Part shown: positions 1 through 10,258 of the stretch, in pieces
How the letters are laid out: each line of letters starts with the position of its first letter
Position numbering within the stretch: the stretch's first letter is position 1
DNA from: a virus
DNA: 64,000 bases
Reading direction: 5' to 3' (one strand)
IMG/VR virus record: IMGVR_UViG_3300006793_000017
Coordinates: 27,814 to 91,813 of that record
Program-made: the position numbers and the translations under genes
The notes under the pieces: model-generated
What the model was told of the DNA's origin: nothing
The model's input: the letters and a program-made list of their open reading frames with translations, nothing else
Databases searched by the model: none

Positions 1-1
1 T

Positions 2-283
2 GAATGCTTAACACGACACGGACATGAATTTGATTGGCACGGATATATTAGCATTGATCCTAAAAGTACACAAACTATATTTGATAATTGGACTATTGAT
101 AACAAGCCAGGTCAAATATATTTAGGACCAGGACATGCTGAACACGAAGTTAAAGTACTAGAACCATATGAAGGTTATAGAACAACAATAGGGTTTGATG
201 TACATTCAATACCAAATAATTCTTTTATTAGAAATTATGAAGAAAGACCTTTTGGTAATATGGGGTTAATGCCATTACTATGA
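2..283 (+). CDS. 5'-truncated 2OG-Fe(II) oxygenase-like protein
   Basis: Frame 2 reads open from the window edge (ECLTRHGHEFDWHGYI...GHAEHEV...RTTIGFD) to TGA 281-283, which overlaps the next ATG (ATGA); HxH...H...RxT pattern. Confidence 0.55.
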   Translation, partial: ECLTRHGHEFDWHGYISIDPKSTQTIFDNWTIDNKPGQIYLGPGHAEHEVKVLEPYEGYRTTIGFDVHSIPNNSFIRNYEERPFGNMGLMPLL

Positions 284-906
284 TAGAAGATTACAAAATT
301 ATACGAGGCGCAGTATCAACAGAACTCTGCGAATTTCTTGCATTAGAGTACGAACTGATGGAAGAAGTTTGTAAAGTATTGTATGCTGGTGCCGACTTAT
401 CTGACCTTGAAGAAAACACTTTTGCGAGATACGCTCCCTTGATGTTTGAAACATTGATGGTAAAACTAAATCCTTTGGTTGCAAAAGAATGGGGTCATGA
501 GTTGGTACCAGTGTACTCTTATGCTAGGATATATTATAAAGGATCGCAACTTAAAAAACACTTTGACAGACCTAGCTCTGAAGTATCGGTATCAGTTGCA
601 ATATCAAAAGAACCAGAATACAATTGGCCAATATACATTAAAAATGAAGATGGTGTTGAACACGAGATTAATTTAGATGTTGGTGATATTGTTATATACA
701 GTGGACGTAGGCACGAACACTGGAGAAACCCGTATGAGGGTAACAAAGTAGTACAAGCGTTTCTACAGTACGTAGAAGCCGATGGACCATATTCACATTT
801 AAAATGGGATACGAAACCAGCATTAGGACTTCCTGCAGAATTTGTTCGTCAAGAGATAAAAGACGAAGTGCAGAATGTTAAAGATATGCTTGGATTTAAG
901 CGTTAA
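280..906 (+). CDS. 2OG-Fe(II) oxygenase (prolyl-hydroxylase-like)
   Basis: YARIY...LKKHFDRPS (HxD), GDIVIYSG...HEHWR distal His, QAFLQY; typical of marine phage oxygenases. Confidence 0.8.
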   Translation: MIEDYKIIRGAVSTELCEFLALEYELMEEVCKVLYAGADLSDLEENTFARYAPLMFETLMVKLNPLVAKEWGHELVPVYSYARIYYKGSQLKKHFDRPSSEVSVSVAISKEPEYNWPIYIKNEDGVEHEINLDVGDIVIYSGRRHEHWRNPYEGNKVVQAFLQYVEADGPYSHLKWDTKPALGLPAEFVRQEIKDEVQNVKDMLGFKR

Positions 907-1065
907 TTAGTCGCTGACTTTAGTAGGGCCTGCAACGATTTTTGCTGGACCGTGACGCTCTTCAAAGATTTTTGCTGCTGCTTCTTTGCTTGATGCTTCA
1001 CAAGTGTCCTGAGTAATAGGCGCTTTACCTACCTCTTTTCTAATAATCATTTTGTAAGTTGCCAT
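907..1065 (-). CDS. 52-aa small protein MATYKMIIRKEVGKAPITQDTCEASSKEAAAKIFEERHGPAKIVAGPTKVSD
   Basis: Hand-translated; AGGAG Shine-Dalgarno upstream and TAAATA at 1088-1093 (minus); below ORF-track cutoff. Confidence 0.7.
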   Translation of the reverse strand: MATYKMIIRKEVGKAPITQDTCEASSKEAAAKIFEERHGPAKIVAGPTKVSD

Positions 1066-1086
1066 ATTTGTATAACTCCTATATCT

Positions 1087-2631
1087 TTATTTATCAATAT
1101 TCTTAATCCATTCATCGATTGTCCAGAATGGAGCCACAAGCTCTTTGTAGCGTTTTACGTTAGTATTTAGCACGTTTCTGCCTGTTTCAAGTTTATCTTC
1201 AAACGCAGTGCTAAAGTATGTGTTAGAAAATATATGTAATCCCTGTATTACTTGCATCCATGCTGCTGGCGAATAACCGTTAAAAACAGGCTCTACACCA
1301 ACAAGTCCTTGCCAATAATGATCCCAGTCTTTTAGTTTCATTGCTAATGATTCTGGAATACGTTCTGGGTCATGTATATGACTTTTCCAGAAGTCTGTGT
1401 CATCTCTACGTCCTCTAAAATGTAATGCAATAAAGTCTTTAATATCTTCATAAACTGTATTAACTCTATGATTAAATCTATCTCTGTACAGCGTGTGATC
1501 TCTTCTAGTAGGATCCCACAAATCTTGCATAGCATAAAGTGACTCACAAATAACTGCAATACCGTTTGCTTCTAATGGTTCTAAGAAACCACTGCTTAAA
1601 CCAATTGCAAAAACATTATTTTTCCAACTTTCTTTTGCTACTTCGGGTGTGTATGTAAATGAAGCAATAGGTTCTATATGTTCACCACATACACTTCTTG
1701 CTTCCTCTAATGCTTGGTCTGCTGTAATATAATTGTTGTCATAAATGTAACCATTACCAGATCTGTGTTGCAAATTAATATTCCAACGCCAACCATATTT
1801 CATTGCTGTTGCATTTGTTGTTACTGAATACTTGGGTTCGTCCCACCATGCAATAACAGAGTTGTGTGTAAAATGATCTGAGTAATCAGAGTATTCTGCT
1901 CCTAATTTTTTTCTAATTAGTAACTGTGCAAATCCAGTACAATCAACAAACCATTCTCCTTCAATTTCTCTGTTATCATCTAAAATTAAAGTTGTTATAT
2001 CACCTTTATCATTTTGTTTGGCATCTACGTATGTGCCTTCGATCAATGTAATATCTCTTTTAAGAGCCACTTCTTTCAAGTATGCTGCCGTTGCTCTACT
2101 CTCATTGTGCCACATAGCAATAATTGGTAGTTCTGATTTAGAAGCACCAAACGGAACTTTATTTTCTTTAATAAAATAGTTTGCATAGAATGCATCTGCT
2201 AAAGGAACATCATTACCTAGCAGTGTAGCCTGATATAAATTCTTTTGCCTTTCAGCTGCTATTATACCGGTAAATTGTCCTAAGTTCATATTAAAGACAC
2301 TAGCGTCAGGATTGTCTGACCATCCATCTAACCAAGGTGCATAATCTGTTTGCAAACAATGAATAAATTCACTACCTACTCCTGACCAATCTTTAAAACG
2401 TCCACCTAGTTTTGGTGTAGCATTTGCTTTAGCAACAAAGTCATCAAAATCGATATCAAGATACTTTAACATATCAACAAATGTAGTTGTACCGCTTTCA
2501 CCAGCAATAATAGGTGGCTTATTAGGATCTTCAACAACAGTAATATTCATACTAGGTCTTGTCTTTTTTATTAGTAGTGCAGTTAACCAGCCTGCAACGC
2601 CACCGCCTAATATAACTGTATTAGAGTTCAT
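1087..2631 (-). CDS. Flavin-dependent halogenase, tryptophan halogenase (PrnA-like) family, copy 3
   Basis: GGGVAG FAD motif, ATPKLG (K79 equivalent), FVDCTGF, GWRWNI, FLEPLEANG. Confidence 0.88.
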   Translation of the reverse strand: MNSNTVILGGGVAGWLTALLIKKTRPSMNITVVEDPNKPPIIAGESGTTTFVDMLKYLDIDFDDFVAKANATPKLGGRFKDWSGVGSEFIHCLQTDYAPWLDGWSDNPDASVFNMNLGQFTGIIAAERQKNLYQATLLGNDVPLADAFYANYFIKENKVPFGASKSELPIIAMWHNESRATAAYLKEVALKRDITLIEGTYVDAKQNDKGDITTLILDDNREIEGEWFVDCTGFAQLLIRKKLGAEYSDYSDHFTHNSVIAWWDEPKYSVTTNATAMKYGWRWNINLQHRSGNGYIYDNNYITADQALEEARSVCGEHIEPIASFTYTPEVAKESWKNNVFAIGLSSGFLEPLEANGIAVICESLYAMQDLWDPTRRDHTLYRDRFNHRVNTVYEDIKDFIALHFRGRRDDTDFWKSHIHDPERIPESLAMKLKDWDHYWQGLVGVEPVFNGYSPAAWMQVIQGLHIFSNTYFSTAFEDKLETGRNVLNTNVKRYKELVAPFWTIDEWIKNIDK

Positions 2632-4126
2632 GGTTTACCTCCAAGTAACGATCTTTTAATATGTTTAATGCTTCTCGATGTGTGTAAATTTTTTCATCTG
2701 GCCAATCTGCTAATTGTTTTTTCATTAAATTTGTTAAACTTTCATTGTGTCTTTCTGCAAAATTTTCTTCCCAAAACTTTTTACAAGCATCATAATCAAA
2801 AAGATGTAAGCCGTGCATAACTTGTATCCAATTAAGATAACTGAACATAAGAGACGGATCAACAAAGTGTCCTGAATTAGGATAAGCAGTTTTAAATGAC
2901 TGTAGTGTTTCTTCGTTGAATGGTGTTAGAACAATACCTTCATCACACCAACGCCAAAACTCTGAGTCGTTACGTTTTGTAAGATAATGTATCTGAATAA
3001 AGTCAATAATGTTAGTAGCAATTAAATTCATTCTTTCATTAAATCTTTTTGCAACAGTATCATCATTTTTTCTATAGTACAATAAATTACCTACAAGTAT
3101 ATTAACTTGTTGTATTGTTGAACCTATTGATGTTGCTTCTAAAGGTTCTACAAACATAGCACTAAGCCCTAATGATACACAATTCTTTGTCCAAAATTCG
3201 TTAACATATCCAGCATTAAATTTTACACGTTTACCTATTTCTAAATCTTTAATACCTAAATGCTTTTCATAGTGCTGCGATACTTCATCATATGCTTGTG
3301 TTTCGTTAATAAATTGATCACTAAACACATAACCATTTCCATATCTATCTTGTGTAGGAATTCTCCAACACCAACCACTGCTTAGTGCAGTTGCTTCTGT
3401 ATAAGATGGGATGTCTTCAGTTCTAGCAGTAGGAAACGCAATAGCACTATTCATAGGAAGTTGATGTCCACAGTCTATCCATTTTTGTCCTAGTTTACTT
3501 GATATAACTCTATTAAATCCACTACAGTCAATAAAGAAATCACTAGCATGTTTTGTTCCAGCTTCGTCAACTAGCTCTTTAACATTACCTGTTTCATCTA
3601 AAATTACATCTTCAATATCAACATCTAATACTTCGATTCCTCTTTCTACACATAATCGTGTAAAGAATTCATTTAATTTATTTGTATCAAAATGGTATTG
3701 AGCAAAACTATCATGAAAAGGTTCAGCATGTAAACTACTAGCAGTTCTTTTCCAAACAGTATCAATAGGATCCCAATTTTCAGCAATCATTCTCATCCAT
3801 TGAACAGGTGCTTCACTAAGTGGATCTAGTGCTGCAAACTGTTCTGTTAAACTATGAAAATAATGTTTCCCATCTCCTTGCCAATTAGTAAACTTAATAC
3901 CGATTTTAAATGTTGCTCCTGTTTCTCTAACAATCGTTGGAACATCAACATCAATGTGGTGCATAAATCTTTGCCAGTGTTCTGTACTACCTTCACCAAC
4001 ACCAATAATACCAATCTTACTTGATCTTAAAAGTTTTAATTTTAATAGAGGGTGAGATTTTCTAAGTGTTAGTGCTGCAACTAATCCACTTGTTCCGCCA
4101 CCTAATATTGTTAGAGATTTTATCAT
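2621..4126 (-). CDS. Flavin-dependent halogenase, PrnA-like, copy 2
   Basis: GGGTSG, GVGEGST, ATFKIG, FIDCSGF, GWCWRIP, FVEPLEATS. Confidence 0.9.
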   Translation of the reverse strand: MIKSLTILGGGTSGLVAALTLRKSHPLLKLKLLRSSKIGIIGVGEGSTEHWQRFMHHIDVDVPTIVRETGATFKIGIKFTNWQGDGKHYFHSLTEQFAALDPLSEAPVQWMRMIAENWDPIDTVWKRTASSLHAEPFHDSFAQYHFDTNKLNEFFTRLCVERGIEVLDVDIEDVILDETGNVKELVDEAGTKHASDFFIDCSGFNRVISSKLGQKWIDCGHQLPMNSAIAFPTARTEDIPSYTEATALSSGWCWRIPTQDRYGNGYVFSDQFINETQAYDEVSQHYEKHLGIKDLEIGKRVKFNAGYVNEFWTKNCVSLGLSAMFVEPLEATSIGSTIQQVNILVGNLLYYRKNDDTVAKRFNERMNLIATNIIDFIQIHYLTKRNDSEFWRWCDEGIVLTPFNEETLQSFKTAYPNSGHFVDPSLMFSYLNWIQVMHGLHLFDYDACKKFWEENFAERHNESLTNLMKKQLADWPDEKIYTHREALNILKDRYLEVNHEL

Positions 4127-5610
4127 AACTTATAGGTAGTCCTTCCTTTTAATGTTTCTATTGCTTCTCTACATTTCATCCAGCCGTTACCTGGAGTTTG
4201 TGGTAGCATAGATAATTGTGCTGTATCTTCTGCACGATATTTACTATAACGCTCATTATATAATTTTTTAATGCTAGGAATATCAAACATACGCAATCCA
4301 TGCATAATCTGTATCCAATTTAAATTATCGTAAATTCTAAAACTTCCGTGCATACCATCTTCGGGTAATAATATTTGATTTACAAATTGTTTTTTAAAAT
4401 TTTCTAAGTTTTGTTTATTAAAAGGAGTAACTTCTATTTCATTTTTACACCAACGCCAAAACTTTGAATCTTCTCTTTGTGTAAAATAATGCAATTGAAT
4501 AAAGTCTAACACATTACTTAAACAGTCATCAAATATCCTATTGTATTCATTTATAGTTGCTTGATCGCCACGTTCCCAAGATGCTAGTGCGCCAACTAAT
4601 GCTCTTGATTGTTGTATAGTTGTTGAAATACTACTTGCTTCTAAAGGCTCTACAAAGTTACTGCTAAGTCCAATGCTAACACAGTTCTTAATCCAAAACT
4701 TATTAACCTTACCTGAAACAAAATTAATTTTTCTACCTATATTAATTGTATCTGAAAATAAAGATTGTATTTCTGCTATGGCTTCGTCTTCAGAAATAAA
4801 TTGATCACTAAACACATAACCGTTACCAAAACGTTCTTGTACAGGACTACGCCAATGCCAACCAGCACTTAATGCTTTAGAAAGTGTGTAAGGTGGTATC
4901 TCTTCTTGGCGTGGTGTTTGAAAAGCAATAGCACTATTCATAGGTAAAAATGATGACCAGTCTACCCATTCAGCACCTAGTTTACTTGCAATAACTCTTT
5001 TGAATCCACTACTATCAATAAAAAAGTCTGCGGTGTGTGTTCGTCTTTCTATGTCGACTACTGAGTCTACAAAGCCCCCGTCACCAATGTTAACATCTAC
5101 AACTTCTGTAGTTATAACGTTAATACCTGCTTCAATGCATCTCTTTTCTAAAAATGCATTTAATTTTTCACTATCAAAATGGAACTGATAGTAATCTTCA
5201 AATGGCGGACTTACATATCCTTGCATAGGTAAATCCCAATGCAACGATTCAGAATCAACACCTTCTGAAATCAATCTCATCAATGTATGTGCATCACCTG
5301 TGTATGCATCTACAAATATATATGGTTCTGCTAAACTGTGATAGTAGCTGGTTTTGTCACCGTGCCAATCTTCAAACTTAATACCAATCTTAATAGTTGC
5401 ACCACATTCTCTTGCAAGATCAGTCATTGTAATACCTACTGCATCAGCGAATCTTCTCCAATGTTCAGTACTACCTTCGCCAACACCAATAGTTCCAATT
5501 TTATCAGATTTAATAAGTGTAATGTCTAAGTTGTCAATAGACTTTTTATGATATAGTGCAGTCATTAGTCCAGCATTACCGCCACCTAGCACAAGTAATT
5601 TTTTAATCAT
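4123..5610 (-). CDS. Flavin-dependent halogenase, PrnA-like, copy 1
   Basis: GGGNAG, GVGEGST, ATIKIG, FIDSSGF, GWHWRSP, FVEPLEASS. Confidence 0.9.
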   Translation of the reverse strand: MIKKLLVLGGGNAGLMTALYHKKSIDNLDITLIKSDKIGTIGVGEGSTEHWRRFADAVGITMTDLARECGATIKIGIKFEDWHGDKTSYYHSLAEPYIFVDAYTGDAHTLMRLISEGVDSESLHWDLPMQGYVSPPFEDYYQFHFDSEKLNAFLEKRCIEAGINVITTEVVDVNIGDGGFVDSVVDIERRTHTADFFIDSSGFKRVIASKLGAEWVDWSSFLPMNSAIAFQTPRQEEIPPYTLSKALSAGWHWRSPVQERFGNGYVFSDQFISEDEAIAEIQSLFSDTINIGRKINFVSGKVNKFWIKNCVSIGLSSNFVEPLEASSISTTIQQSRALVGALASWERGDQATINEYNRIFDDCLSNVLDFIQLHYFTQREDSKFWRWCKNEIEVTPFNKQNLENFKKQFVNQILLPEDGMHGSFRIYDNLNWIQIMHGLRMFDIPSIKKLYNERYSKYRAEDTAQLSMLPQTPGNGWMKCREAIETLKGRTTYKL

Positions 5611-6224
5611 TTCTTTTCCTTGGTATGTACTTCTAAACTTGCAACAGAGTCTGTTGCTAGATTAAAATTTATATCCCCATATGGCATTGTATTAAAACTT
5701 ATAATGTATCTATCTTTTTCTCCGAAGTGTGGAGTTGAACTATGAAATAACCAACTAGGAAATAAAACAAGTTTTCCAGCTTCAGCATCACTAAACCAAT
5801 GCGGACTATAATCATGTCTAAGTACTTCTAGTTGTGCTTCTGTTCTATGCTTAACAGGATCTTCAAATACTGTTGCAGCACCTTCAGTAACATAATACAC
5901 CCCACTCAAAAAACTCATAGAGTGTCTGTGATATTGTAAACGCATACCTTCTCTAGGCAATGCTCTATTAAACCAACTGCTTGTAATTTTAAAACCATCG
6001 CAGTCAAATTTTTGTTGTACGTGAACTTGCTTTATGCAATCATTAATCCATGTAAACAATGGATTCAATTCTTTTTTGTCATGTAAGTTTCTCATAGAAC
6101 TAATTGTATCAGAATGTTTTACATGATCTGCATACTGCTCACACAAAGGAATCAAAGCATCGTTGTCAAGCTCTGTGTTCTTAAATTCAAATAGTTCTGT
6201 TGGAAACGTAGGTATTACTTTCAT
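5607..6224 (-). CDS. Putative 2OG-Fe(II) oxygenase (TIGR02466-like)
   Basis: SWFN...HRHSMSFLSGVYY, LVLFPSWLFHS, RYIISFN. Confidence 0.82.
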   Translation of the reverse strand: MKVIPTFPTELFEFKNTELDNDALIPLCEQYADHVKHSDTISSMRNLHDKKELNPLFTWINDCIKQVHVQQKFDCDGFKITSSWFNRALPREGMRLQYHRHSMSFLSGVYYVTEGAATVFEDPVKHRTEAQLEVLRHDYSPHWFSDAEAGKLVLFPSWLFHSSTPHFGEKDRYIISFNTMPYGDINFNLATDSVASLEVHTKEKK

Positions 6225-6802
6225 TAAAACTCAACCCAGCCTGTTAAAAGATATTTTTCACCACTTAATGGCGGATTGCCTCTGTGAGTATGCGTGTAAC
6301 TTGCGGGCCAAACAACTAAGGTTCCTTCAGTAGCAGCAATACGCTTCTTTTGGTACAACCATTCTGTTTCTCCGCCTTCGTCAACTGTATTAAGATACAT
6401 TCCCCACGCTGCAATTCTACCTGACCTTTCTTTTGTATCTGATTCAAAATGCCAAGTATGATATCCTTCTCCTGGAAGGGTTTTTTGAAGTTTCATAAAG
6501 TAAACTCTGTGATCGCCGCACTCGCCTAACACACTATAATGTGCAGTATATTGCTTCCAGCAATCAATAAATCTATTCATAAAAGTATGTATAGTAGGAT
6601 TGTCTGTTGACATATTCAATGCAGGTTGTTCAAGAAGAAACGCAGCATGATCTGCTTTATTATGTGCTGAATTATCTCCTAAAGTTTGACGACTAGCAGT
6701 TAAATGCAAGTCGTTCAATTTTTCATAATATTCAATAAGGGCTGCACATTCTTCGGGTCTCATAACGCCGGTCCATGTTGCAATATCGTTCTCTATAATC
6801 AT
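6224..6802 (-). CDS. 2OG-Fe(II) oxygenase (P4H-like); start reassigned to ATG 6802
   Basis: GEGYHTWHFE, MYLNTVDEGGETE, WPASYTHTHRG, KYLLTGW; TAAATA-N5-ATG before 6802. Confidence 0.85.
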   Translation of the reverse strand: MIIENDIATWTGVMRPEECAALIEYYEKLNDLHLTASRQTLGDNSAHNKADHAAFLLEQPALNMSTDNPTIHTFMNRFIDCWKQYTAHYSVLGECGDHRVYFMKLQKTLPGEGYHTWHFESDTKERSGRIAAWGMYLNTVDEGGETEWLYQKKRIAATEGTLVVWPASYTHTHRGNPPLSGEKYLLTGWVEF

Positions 6803-6807
6803 ATTAC

Positions 6808-6858
6808 TATTTATGGCCAGTTTATTAATGACATGAATAGTCTGAAAGCAGATAAATA
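6808..6858. promoter_or_regulatory. Divergent pair of T4-type late-promoter cores (TAAATA on minus 6808-6813; on plus 6853-6858)
   Basis: Matches core of T4 late consensus TATAAATA; same motif recurs before >15 genes. Confidence 0.7.
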
Positions 6859-6888
6859 CTTTACAACAACAGTGGATGAACTCATAAT

Positions 6889-8622
6889 ATGGCAAATTTA
6901 CCTATCATTAATAACCTTCGTGTAGTACCTAGAGATGCAGAATTTCTGGATAGAAAAACAGGTGCTCGTGGAGAAATATTCTATGATAAAGACAATAATA
7001 CAATTAGACTGTACGATAGTCAGATTGTAGGTGGTTTACCATTAGCAAGAGGCGATTTAACTAACGTTACTAACGCAATATTTGCAGCAAAAGCAACAGC
7101 AGCAGGCGTTGGTGGCGGTAGCGGAAGTGGTAGTATCGAAGTTAGCCAATCTGCACCAAGTACGCCGGAAGAAGGTACAATTTGGTTTAACAGTACTAAT
7201 GGTACACTGTATGTCTATATCAATGATGGAGATAGTAACCAATGGGTACAACCAGTATTAGGTTACCCGGCTATTCCGTCAAATTTACAAGATTTATCAA
7301 ACGTAACTATTACATCACCAAGTGCTGATCAAGTTTTAAAATGGAACGGCAGCGCATGGATTAACGCAGCAGCACCAGCAGCTGGATTAGATCAAGCAGC
7401 AGTTAGGTCAAGTGTTTCAGTTGGCACAGAAGGAACTGCGGCAGGTGACGGAGCAGTTAGTTACGACAACGGAACAGGTGTGTTTACATATACACCACCA
7501 TTACTAAACAGTTTAACAGTCAGTGGTAACTTAGATATGGGTAGTAATGATATTACTACAACAGGCAAAGTTTACTACGCAAACGTATTTGCAACCGAAG
7601 GTGATTTACCTAGCGCCACAACTTATCATGGCATGTTTGCTCATGTACATGGAACAGGTAAAGGTTATTATGCTCATGCAGGTGCATGGTCTAAACTAGC
7701 AAACGAAGCAACAACACTTGCTGGGTACGGAATTACAGATGCTGCAACTTCAGCACAAGGTACTAAAGCAGACAGTGCATTACAAGATTTAACAACAACT
7801 TCTATTACAACACTTGCAGATGTTTCAACAAGTTCACCAAGTACTAACCAAGTACTTAAATGGGACGGCGCACAATGGTCGCCAGCATCAGACGCAGTTG
7901 GTAGTGGTGCTATAACTGCAACTATTGGTGGAGCAACACAGGCAAATCCAGTTGTAATTAGTACAACTTCTGCACATGGATTCTACGAAGGACAACCTGT
8001 AACTATTACAGGTGTTGTTGGTATGACAGAACTTAATGGTAACGAATACTATGCAAACATTACTAGCACATTAGAGTTTGCTTTGTATTCTGATAGTGGA
8101 TTAACATCAAGTGTTAACGGTACAGGATTTACAGCATACACATCAAGTGGTACAGCAACAGGTGGTGCAACGGCTGCTGAAGTTGGTAACTTTGTATTCA
8201 CAGGTTCAAACATTGACACTAGTGACAGTTCAGGAATAAACTTTACTCCAGGTGTGTTAATGCAAAGTGATCTAACTGTTGAAAACGATTTAACTGTCAA
8301 TAACTTGCTCACAGCAGCACAATTTTCAGTAACAGATTTCACAACAACAAATCATACAACAACTAACTTAACTGTTAGTGATACGCTATCAGTAAAAACT
8401 ATCGCTCAAACCGATACTGGAACGCCACAAATTACAAGTAGTTCAACTCTAGTTTTAGATACACAAGACGGTGTAAGAGTTACTGGTGCTCCGTTTAGAT
8501 TACCTAGTTTTACAACAACAGAGAAAAATGCATTGTCGCCTGGGAACGGTGATATGATATATGATTCTACGTTGAATAAAGCACAGGTATATGAAAACGG
8601 TGCTTGGGCGAGTCTAGTATAG
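6889..8622 (+). CDS. Virion structural / tail fibre-like protein
   Basis: G/T/S/A-rich, QVLKWNG repeats, TTLAGYGITDA motif, FCCH-like module (ANPVVISTTSAHGF..G), GDMIYDST..YENGAW tip. Confidence 0.7.
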   Translation: MANLPIINNLRVVPRDAEFLDRKTGARGEIFYDKDNNTIRLYDSQIVGGLPLARGDLTNVTNAIFAAKATAAGVGGGSGSGSIEVSQSAPSTPEEGTIWFNSTNGTLYVYINDGDSNQWVQPVLGYPAIPSNLQDLSNVTITSPSADQVLKWNGSAWINAAAPAAGLDQAAVRSSVSVGTEGTAAGDGAVSYDNGTGVFTYTPPLLNSLTVSGNLDMGSNDITTTGKVYYANVFATEGDLPSATTYHGMFAHVHGTGKGYYAHAGAWSKLANEATTLAGYGITDAATSAQGTKADSALQDLTTTSITTLADVSTSSPSTNQVLKWDGAQWSPASDAVGSGAITATIGGATQANPVVISTTSAHGFYEGQPVTITGVVGMTELNGNEYYANITSTLEFALYSDSGLTSSVNGTGFTAYTSSGTATGGATAAEVGNFVFTGSNIDTSDSSGINFTPGVLMQSDLTVENDLTVNNLLTAAQFSVTDFTTTNHTTTNLTVSDTLSVKTIAQTDTGTPQITSSSTLVLDTQDGVRVTGAPFRLPSFTTTEKNALSPGNGDMIYDSTLNKAQVYENGAWASLV

Positions 8623-8631
8623 GTATAAAGC

Positions 8632-10236
8632 ATGGCTGAAAAAGAATATATTGTCACAGTAAAAGCCGGTATTGATCTTAATGCATTTGATGCAGAAATG
8701 GTTGCATCATTTGGCGATGAAACTATTCCAAGCAGAAGCGTTGAAATTGCAAATGCACGTCCGGCCTCACAAAGAAACACACATTATTACTTGTCAGATG
8801 ATGAAGCAACTACACTTGCTAACGACAGCAGAGTAATAGCAGTTGAGATTCCACCAGAACAAAGAGATGATATTGAGATTACACTTAGAGCAAGGCAGTC
8901 AGGAACATTCTATAGAGGTTCCGGCAGCGCAGGTAACATTGATAACTGGGGACTTAAACGTTGTCAGAGTTTAACAGAAAACTATGGTAATGGTAGCACA
9001 CCTTCCGGCGAACAGATAGTTACACAAATAACAGAAGATTACTTGTATCCACTAGATGGTACAGGTGTTGATGTTGTTATTCAAGATTCGGGTATTGAAC
9101 CCTTGCATCCAGAATGGCAAGATGCTAACGGTGTTTCTAGATTAGTTGAGCTAGACTGGTATGATGGATTCAGCGGCGGTGGCTCAATGCCTGCAGAACA
9201 TTACACAGACTATCATGGCCATGGAACACACTGCGCTGGCACAGTTGCAGGTAAAACATTTGGTTGGGCAAAGAATGCAAAAATATATGCAGTAAAGATG
9301 ATTCCAGGAACAGCAGATCCTAATGGTGGTATTCCTATTTCAGATTGTTTTGATGTTATTAGAGAATGGCACAATAACAAACCAGTTACAAGCACAGGAT
9401 ATAAAAGACCAACTATTGTTAATATGAGTTGGGGATACGGAACTAATATTCCACAAGCAACAACGCCAGTAGGCGGAAGTTACAGAGGAACTAATTGGTT
9501 TTGGGGAACAACATACAATAATGTTTCCGACTTATGGGCAAACACAGGTGTTGTACCTTATGTAGGTTCAAGATGGAAAATACCTGTACAGGTTGCATCA
9601 GTTGATGCTGATGTAGAAGAACTTATTAATGCAGGAGTACATGTCTGTATTGCAGCAGGAAATGATTATTACAAAGTTACAACTTCAGGAGAAATTGATT
9701 ATAATAACACAGTTTCGTGGACTAGTTACGGAACACAGTTTTACAATAGACCTCCTTCTCCATATGCAACAGGAGCATTTAACGTAGGAAACATTGACAG
9801 TAGAATTCTTAACGATCAAGATGTAACAAAGCCAGACAGTATGAAAGGCCCAGCGGTAACAATATGGGCACCTGGTACAAATATTATTAGTGCATGTTCA
9901 CAGATATCAGAAATAGGTGGCCCAACACCATATAAATTAGATCCTGCATTTGGACAGCAATCTATTAGTGGTACAAGTATGGCATGTCCGCAAGTATGTG
10001 GTGTAGGAGCATTACATTTACAAGCAAAGCCTGAACTAACACCAGCACAATTAAAGCAAGAAATAGAAGCAAATTCGCCACAAGCAATGTATTCAACAGG
10101 GCTTTCAAATGATTATAATGCATATACTACTAGTATTATGGGGTCTGAAGGTAGAATATTATACAACAAATATAAGACAGATGAGTCACATAAAATTCAA
10201 GGTAGTGTTACTATCACAAACTTAGGTATCGCATAA
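8632..10236 (+). CDS. Subtilisin-like S8 serine protease with N-terminal prodomain
   Basis: Catalytic triad motifs VVIQDSG, HGTHCAG, SGTSMACP; oxyanion AAGN. Confidence 0.92.
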   Translation: MAEKEYIVTVKAGIDLNAFDAEMVASFGDETIPSRSVEIANARPASQRNTHYYLSDDEATTLANDSRVIAVEIPPEQRDDIEITLRARQSGTFYRGSGSAGNIDNWGLKRCQSLTENYGNGSTPSGEQIVTQITEDYLYPLDGTGVDVVIQDSGIEPLHPEWQDANGVSRLVELDWYDGFSGGGSMPAEHYTDYHGHGTHCAGTVAGKTFGWAKNAKIYAVKMIPGTADPNGGIPISDCFDVIREWHNNKPVTSTGYKRPTIVNMSWGYGTNIPQATTPVGGSYRGTNWFWGTTYNNVSDLWANTGVVPYVGSRWKIPVQVASVDADVEELINAGVHVCIAAGNDYYKVTTSGEIDYNNTVSWTSYGTQFYNRPPSPYATGAFNVGNIDSRILNDQDVTKPDSMKGPAVTIWAPGTNIISACSQISEIGGPTPYKLDPAFGQQSISGTSMACPQVCGVGALHLQAKPELTPAQLKQEIEANSPQAMYSTGLSNDYNAYTTSIMGSEGRILYNKYKTDESHKIQGSVTITNLGIA

Positions 10237-10258
10237 ATACAGTAGAGGAACAAATATT

